From the NCBI RefSeq assembly GCF_004010195.1, contig NC_057718.1, forward strand, positions 103,109,566 through 103,150,342: a stretch of 40,777 nt of DNA. The letters are read 5' to 3'. Made by a program: the position numbers and the translations under genes. Shown piece after piece: positions 34,130 to 40,777 of this stretch (the stretch's first letter is position 1; each line of letters begins with the position of its first letter). The notes under the pieces are model-generated. The model worked only from the letters and a program-made list of their open reading frames with translations, made no database searches and was not told where the DNA came from. This DNA comes from Chiloscyllium plagiosum. Its lineage: Eukaryota.

Positions 34130-35030
34130 CTTGAACCTCAATCCCAAGTTCTACATCCAATGACTTTGTCCATTTGGTACAATTCCTGACTGTCATTAAC
34201 AACAGTTTAGGCCCTTTCTGTGCGCCAATTGATTTCAATGATAACTTTCTCGATATCAGACATGCATCTTGATTGATGCTGATCACTGGAAATGAAGCAC
34301 TTTGTACTGCTGTGGTTGACCACAGTAAAACCAATGGCTGTACACAGTTGCTCCATGCTCCATCCAGGTTCAGACTGAAGTGCTATCAAACCAGTTCAGA
34401 ACAGAAAAATAAGCAGGATACGATTTGCAGGAGATTAAACCCTGATGAAAGGAGCAAATGGTGAAACTGTAAAGCAGAAACGAGAACAGTGGTGGAGAAA
34501 AGGGGGAGTAAAGAAAAGTTGGTGGGGGGGGGGGTGGTAACCATTCTCCTCCTCCTTTCCCTGATTTTGACGATCTGCTATAACCTTGCTGGGCAGCTCG
34601 CTCAAACTGAATCCATGGGGATGGTTTTCCCGGACTGGAAAATGAAGCCAGAATGGAGCCCAAAAGCCAATTCCCTGGGATTTCCCGCAGCTGACACATT
34701 GGTTTTTATGCACACACCTTCCCGGCACTGCCTAGTCCCAATGCTGGGAGCCTGGTGGGACAGAGCGAGGCTGTAAATGAAATGCCAGCCCAAAGTGGTG
34801 CCAGTTCGTCACACCCTTTGCCAAATGAATCTGCTTTGCCCTTTAGCTCTGCATGTTATACACAGTCATGGCAGATGTGGTCCTGGGGATGAGTTTAAAT
34901 TTGCCCCAGTGTCTGTGATTGAAGTAACTTCAGTACATATTAACAGCAGGCACAGTAATGATGGCTCACCAAATCCCATTGCACTTTGTCCCATGTCTTT
35001 GCAGCCTAGCCACATGCTGAGGTGAATGAA
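34130..35030. promoter_or_regulatory. Candidate conserved non-coding enhancer block
   Basis: No recognisable repeat; CTGTCA (34190) near TGATTGAT (34270). Conservation not tested. Confidence 0.35.
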
Positions 35031-35177
35031 GAGCTGGTTTGGTTGTGAGTATTGCACACGTTAAGGGTTCCAGACTGGCTGGATACTTTGCTCGCTGAGG
35101 TCGTTTGGTCTGGAAGTGTAGTGCTGAGCTTCCTTTCCGTCCTCTGTGCTAGCCTCACATTAACCTCTCCGCCCATA

Positions 35178-35290
35178 GCCTCCAATGAAGCTCAAGTGAA
35201 AGCTGAGAAACAGCTTGGCTTTCGATTGGCTGCATTACAACATTCCACTGAGTTGAAAATTCCAGATCATCCAATAACATGTTGTTTCCC
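35178..35290 (+). mobile_element. Ancient PLE C-terminal remnant
   Basis: SNEAQVKAEKQLGFRLAALQH resembles the EEERLIFRLGTLQP end of the younger copies. Confidence 0.45.
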
Positions 35291-35482
35291 CATCTCTCCA
35301 CCTGCCTGTCTTGTGAATGAGAATGGTCTAATTTATCAGAGGTTGATTATCTCTGTGGGTTAGTTGATTTGAAACAGTAAAACACATTATAAGTTGTGAA
35401 ACAGACATCACTGCAAAACGAACTGATCTCAGAGTGATTACCCAGAATGCAGAGTGGTCCCCGCATATGCATAGACCTGGGC

Positions 35483-36559
35483 TGTTACATCAACAGACAT
35501 CAGAAATGTCAGCATGTGTGGACTGCAAACTCCTAAGATATAAACTTCCTTTCCCCAGCAGTGTGTCCATTTTGTTATAGTCTAGACCAAACCCACTCAA
35601 AATATATCCAGGAGATAGCCTAGACTTTAACTTTTTATTTTCTTTAACGGCACTGCATTTCAAGTGTGAGTTAATTGGTCCTCCATGTGGCTTTGAGGAA
35701 AACACACTTTATTCTCATAACACAATTAAACTACAAACAAAAAAAGAATTGAAATTCTTTAACTCTATTGAAATACTTAGAAACATAACATTAGATTAGA
35801 TTAGATTAGATTAGATTACTTACAGTGTGGAAATAGGCCCTTCGGCCCAACAAGTCCACACCGACCCGCCGAAGCGCAACCCATCCAGACCCATTCCCTT
35901 ACATTTACCCCTTCACCTAACACTACGGGCAATTTAACATGGCCAATTCACCTAACCTTCACATCTTTGGACTGTGGGAGGAAACCGGAGCACCCGGAGG
36001 AAACCCACGCAGACATGGGGAGAATGTGCAAACTCCACAAGTCAGTCGTCTGAGGCGGGAATTGAACCCGGGTCTCTGGCGCTGTGAGGCAGCAGTGCTA
36101 ACCACTATTTAACTAGTTTTCATCAACTATTCCAATATAGCAGCATCTCATAAACACACCCTTAACAAGGACAAATTCAGCAAAACAGATTTTGCTTATG
36201 GGCTATCTTCTCCAGTCCAGGAGAAAGAAACACTGAAAGCAGCAATCTCACAGCACAGAGAGAAAGAGAGCTGCAGCAATAGAGAGAGAGCTGTATCTAC
36301 CAGCTTCAACCAGCAACTCCAAACCCCAGCTGAAAACAAAACTAAAACCCTGGGTCTGAGTGAGGTTGACTCCACCCTCTCATGCTTCTTTTGTCTAACT
36401 TAAAAAAAACACTCAGGGAGTTCAAAACTGCTTACCTCCTGCTTTGGAAGCAGATATTCTGGTACTATTGTGTCAACACCTCTCTGCAAGAGAAACAGCA
36501 CAGACCAAATCTCTCTTAAAGGCACCAGTTCCCCTCCACCACCACCCAACCCTGTCACA
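35483..36559. mobile_element. Possible solo LTR interrupted by HE1
   Basis: Begins TGTTACA and ends TGTCACA; minus-strand AATAAA signals. No clear TSD. Confidence 0.3.
35791..36106 (-). mobile_element. Near full-length young HE1 SINE with (TCTAA)n tail
   Basis: Highly similar to 19774-20128. Confidence 0.96.
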
Positions 36560-36659
36560 AAGCCTTTGCTGTGGTTCCCCACTGCTGCTTCATCACTCAA
36601 CTCTCCAATGCACAGCCATTCCCAAAGTCCAGAAGTCATGGGGATACCAATTTTTTTTT

Positions 36660-36795
36660 TAGAATCCCGACAGTGTGGAAACAAGCCCTTCAGCCCAACA
36701 AGTCCACACTGACCATCCAAAGAGTATCCCACCCAAGCCCATTCCTCATTACTCTACATTTATCCCTGACTAATCCATCTAATCTACACATCCCT
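36660..36795 (-). mobile_element. HE1 SINE 3' fragment
   Basis: AGAATCCCGACAGTGTGGAAACAAGCCCTTCAGCCCAACAAGTCCACAC. Confidence 0.85.
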
Positions 36796-37147
36796 CAACG
36801 CTATGTTCTATGTTCTATATGATGCTGAACAACTGGAACTTGACTGAGAAGCAGAGGCAGCTCCAGCCCCTGGACCCCAGCCGGGGGTGGGGGAGGTCAC
36901 AGAGAGGACAGAGGGTCTCAGCCGACACCCGTTCCTGATGCCAGGTCCCTCATCCCATCAGCTTCCTAATTAAATGGCCCCTGACATCAAACACCTCTGG
37001 GAAAGATGTTAAATTCCACCTGTTGTAACAGAATGTTTGTTAACCTTGTGTGAAAACACTTGTATAAAACAGTGAAGTCATTTGCCCGCAAATGGATACG
37101 CAACATTTACTGAATTAGATTAGAGACCACTCAGTTCCTATGTCAGA

Positions 37148-37277
37148 AGGGCCTGAAGAAGGGCCTGTGCCCGAAACGTCGAATCTCCTGTTCCCTGGAT
37201 GCTGCCTGACCTGCTGTGCTGTTCCAGCAATAAAGTTTCAACTTTGATCTCCAGCATCTGCAGACCTCACTTTCTCC
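37148..37277 (+). mobile_element. Short young PLE terminal-repeat insertion starting at the hammerhead core
   Basis: 12-bp TSD TCCTATGTCAGA (37136-37147, 37278-37289). CTGAAGA-A-GGGC-CTGT-GCCC-GAAAC-GTC at 37153-37180. Confidence 0.93.
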
Positions 37278-37422
37278 TCCTATGTCAGAGTAAAATGCAA
37301 CAGAAGATGTTGTTGAAATGGGAAATGCAAACTATATCCTCCATGTTGCATGTCATTAAAGATAGTCTGTAGTCAGCAGAACAATAACGACACATTTGTC
37401 TGTGTTAACCACACTGCTGGAC

Positions 37423-37509
37423 TATAAAGGGTCAGTTAGACTCAAAACGTCAGCTCTTTTCTCTCCTTACAGATGCTGCCAGAGCTGCTGAGATTTTCCA
37501 GCATTTTCT
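37423..37509 (+). mobile_element. Family-2 PLE terminal-repeat insertion, degenerate
   Basis: 9-bp TSD CTGCTGGAC (37414-37422, 37510-37518). Contains AAGGGTC-AGTTA-GACTC-AAAACGTC. Confidence 0.75.
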
Positions 37510-37702
37510 CTGCTGGACCACAGTATTCTGGTGCAATCTTGTAATGGGTAGAGAAGACTTCACCCATCATTCCAACAGAAGTAGGGAGCTTCAAAACTGC
37601 AGCACTCTTTCAGTGAAACTCAGTGACCGGGGAATCAGGTGGAACATTTCTCTTCACATGCTGGACAGAGACTATCAGCCGAGCTAGAAAGCTGGCAAGT
37701 AT

Positions 37703-37820
37703 TCACTGGCCGGAAACATTGACTCTGTTTCTCACTTTGCAGACGCTCCTCGACTAGTGAAGAGTTTCCAGCATTTTCTGTTTTTACTTCAAGTTTCCTG
37801 CATCCACGGTGTTTTCCCTT
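37703..37820 (+). mobile_element. Family-2 PLE terminal-repeat remnant
   Basis: GGAAACATTGACTCTGTTTCTC..TTTCCAGCATTTTCTGTTTTTA..GCATCCACGG. Confidence 0.6.
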
Positions 37821-37992
37821 AATGTTCCTTAAACATCTTCCTTTTCAGCAGAAACTTTGTAAAGTACTTTGGCAGAAGCAATTATTCTCAAAAATGGCTT
37901 TGACCTTATTCCTACCCTCACTGGGCAGATATGGTGTATCCATTCAGAATGACGTCTAATATAATTTGGAAACAATTGATAAATAAAGCAAC

Positions 37993-38070
37993 ACCATACA
38001 ACATAGGAGCAGAATCAGGCCATTTGATCTATTGAGAGTGTTCCACCATTCAATCGTGGCTTATTTGTTC
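37993..38070 (-). mobile_element. CR1 tail remnant
   Basis: CCATACAACATAGGAGCAGAATCAGGCCATT..CCACCATTCAATC. Confidence 0.7.
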
Positions 38071-38071
38071 T

Positions 38072-38380
38072 ATAGAATCCCCACAATGTGGAAACAGGCC
38101 ATTTGGCCCATCGAAAAGCATCTCACCCAGACCCAATCCCTTACCCTACCCCTGTAACCCTGCATTTCCCATCTATCCTACACAAAATGGACACTATCAG
38201 CAATTTAACATGGCCAAACTACTGAACCTGCACATCTTTGGACTGTGGGAGGAAACTGGAGCTCCCTGGAGGAAACTGGAGGAAACCAGAGCTCTCTGGA
38301 GGAAACTGGAGCACACCGGAGGAAACCAACAGAAACCAGAGCACCCGGAAGACACCAGAGCTCCCTGGAAGACAGGGAAT
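38072..38380 (-). mobile_element. HE1 SINE with tandemly expanded V-domain segment
   Basis: CTTTGGACTGTGGGAGGAAAC followed by reiterated GGAGGAAACTGGAGC/CCAGAGCTCCCTGG units (38248-38370). Confidence 0.85.
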
Positions 38381-39939
38381 TGCTGTGGTCTGTAGCACAA
38401 AAGCAACTGGATCAACACAAGATAGAAACAAATAGAAAGATTGCAACGTAGGTCAGACAAAGTGGCTGTGGGGTATGACTGAAGTGAAAGAAAAATGTAG
38501 CATGGTGCTGATGGGGTGAATGGCCTGTACTGTACAACCTGGGGAACAATATCTTGTGGTACAGCTCAACTACTTTGATGAAGTCTTTTGGACCACCATG
38601 GGAAATGTTTTTAAAATCCCAGTTTGGATTTCTAGAATCAGCAGTGTTTTTTATGATCATGCTCATGACCAAAAGTTATTTTAGCTGAATCAGCAGAGGA
38701 GACAAACAGTCCAATTGAGTTAGCTTCGGTTTGAGCTAAAGTAGTGAAGAAGTTGAACTCTATCTTTCACGCTGTGCTCAATCTGTGCCAACAGCTGAAA
38801 TTCTGACCTTCTCTTAATAAGACAGCCCAAGAACAGGAGTTTTTGCAGCCCCTCACCCCTGCTCACTCAGTCAGTGAGATCAGAGTGATCTGTGACCTGA
38901 CTCAGTGCACTCACACTGCACACCCTTTACAGCATCAAATTAAAACTGAGCAAACTTCCCGATTGACAAAGGGAAGGTCAGCTGCAGCAATGCAACCATT
39001 CAAAGCGCACTTCTGACCTCGCGAAATGCCTTGTGCGTGCAATGAGTGACTGTGGGAAGGAGTGACACAGGTAGAGAGCAAACTACGAGAGTGTGAAATT
39101 ACTTGTCAGTTGCAGATTACAGAGAGTGAAGACAAGGAAGTGCATTTCCTGCCTCGTCTGTTTCCTTGTGTGGACTTTCCACTGATATTAAACAGAGCCA
39201 TGCTGAGAATACAGACACGGTCACATAATTACTCCATCGAATGCAGTGTAAATATAGACAATTTAGTATCCCTCCTGTGGACACATGTTCCAATAGGAAG
39301 ACTCTGCCAGCTCTTGCAAAGATTGTCATAATGCTATCTCTCACCATTGTCAGCACTATCTTCACAACACTCCACCTTCTCAATAGTAGATAAACAGGTC
39401 AGCATGAACTCTGTATTAACACACCACATCAGTCTCTGAACTACCCCATTTCCTGGTGAAATACTGACCACCCGAATGGATCTTTAATACAATCAGTCAT
39501 TCCTCATGAGCTGTGTTTGTAATTTACCAATGTTTTTGTTTTGTGCTGGTTCAAATGATTTCCTCACTCCCCTCACTCACTCCCATTTATCTCTGACATA
39601 ACACGACCCTGAAATGCTTTTCTGAAAAAGTCCCTGAAGTCTGTGTTTGCTCCTTAACAAACAGGAGCAAGGAAGATCCATTTCACATCAATGTGAGCTC
39701 AGTGTCATGAAACTGAGGTTTGATACACTTTCCCTGCAAAAAAAATCTGAACTTGTTAACGATTTGATTTAATTTGATGGATTATTGTCGCATGTACCAA
39801 GATACAGTGCAAAGTTCTGTTTTGCTTGTTATTCAGGAAGATCATAAATTCATTAAGTATATCAGGGGAATAAAACAGACTGCAGAGTGATTCCACTAAA
39901 ATAAATCCAGATCATGGAAAAGGAACTGAGTCTACAGAA

Positions 39940-40460
39940 AGCCCCATACCTCGATCACCCTAGTGCTCACTGACCTGCACTGGCTCTCAATCAGGCAATA
40001 TCTTGATTTTAAAATACTCTTCCTTGTTGTACGTCCCATCAAGGCCTCCATCGATAATCTCCTCCAAACCCACAACCATCCAAGATACTTTTTAAAAATT
40101 CTTCCATGGGATGTTGGTGACACTGGCAAGGTCAGCCTGTCCCTGATTGCCCCTTGGCTGAGTGATCTACTCAGCCATTTTAGAGGGGGGTTAAAAATCA
40201 ACCCCATGCTGTGATCTGACCAGGTAATGAGGGCAGATTTCCTTCCTTAAATGCATCAAAGAACCGAATTGATAAGTGCAAACTGACCTCGGTAATACAT
40301 TCCTCATTAATATTGCTTTACCATTGCTGGCTAAGCCTCGAGCTGCCTAGGCACAAGCTCTAGAATTCCCATCCTCCATCTCTCTCTCTACCTGGCTCCC
40401 ACCCTCTTTGAAGGGACACCTTGGAACCTACAACTTTAACCAAACTGTTGGTCTTCTAAC
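39940..40460 (+). mobile_element. Old L2 LINE 3' end, interrupted by a minus-strand SINE (~40090-40260)
   Basis: ITLVLTDLHWLSIRQYLDFKIL matches the L2 C-terminal motif ITPxLxxLHWLPxxxRIxFK. Confidence 0.75.
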
Positions 40461-40487
40461 CAATGAGACTTAATCATTGAGAGCTGG

Positions 40488-40695
40488 GAGTCACAGTATG
40501 GATACTCGGTAAATCATTAGGGAATGAGATGAGGATTCTGGATTAGAGTGATGCTGGAAAAGCACAGCAGGTCAGGCAGCATCAGAGGAGCGAGTCACAG
40601 TATGGATACTCGGTAAATCATTAGGGAATGAGATGAGGATTCTGGATTAGAGTGATGCTGGAAAAGCACAGCAGGTCAGGCAGCATCAGAGGAGC
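40488..40695. repeat. Perfect 104-bp tandem duplication
   Basis: 40488-40591 = 40592-40695. Confidence 0.95.
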
Positions 40696-40777
40696 AGAAA
40701 AATCGACGTTTTGGGCAAAAGCCCTTCATCAGGAATAGAGGCAGGGTGCCTGCAGGGTGGAGAGATAAATGAGAGGG
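40637..40777 (-). mobile_element. PLE terminal repeat running off the window end; decayed hammerhead at 40701-40736
   Basis: Minus strand: ATTC-CTGATGA-A-GGGC-TTTT-GCCC-AAAAC-GTC. Confidence 0.88.

Noticed and set aside
34430..34470. CCTGATGAAAGGAGC...GTGAAAC as another hammerhead
   Set aside because: Core words are present but stem II does not pair convincingly and there is no PLE context.

Overview
Repeat-rich, non-coding eukaryotic DNA, almost certainly from a cartilaginous fish (shark): it carries HE1/V-SINE copies, their partner CR1 (HER1-like) LINEs, Deu-domain SINEs, a second L2/CR1-group LINE family, old L2 remnants and many Penelope-like element (PLE) fragments. There is one 618-N assembly gap. 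I cannot support any host protein-coding exon: every ORF I can recognise comes from a retroelement (RT, CR1 ORF1 esterase, PLE RT/GIY-YIG end). The most striking signal is a minimal type-I hammerhead ribozyme motif (stem I-CUGANGA-A-stem II-GAAAC-GUC-stem I') in the PLE terminal repeats. It occurs about a dozen times, in two sequence families with compensatory stems. These include ~90-140 bp insertions with their own target-site duplications that start at the ribozyme, and a palindromic insertion holding two back-to-back hammerheads. Several repeat-free, motif-dense blocks (notably ~24.2-25.1 kb and ~34.1-35.0 kb) look like conserved non-coding enhancers, suggesting an intron or gene desert of a developmental gene (inference). 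All family names come from recognition by eye, not database searches; element ends without a TSD are approximate.
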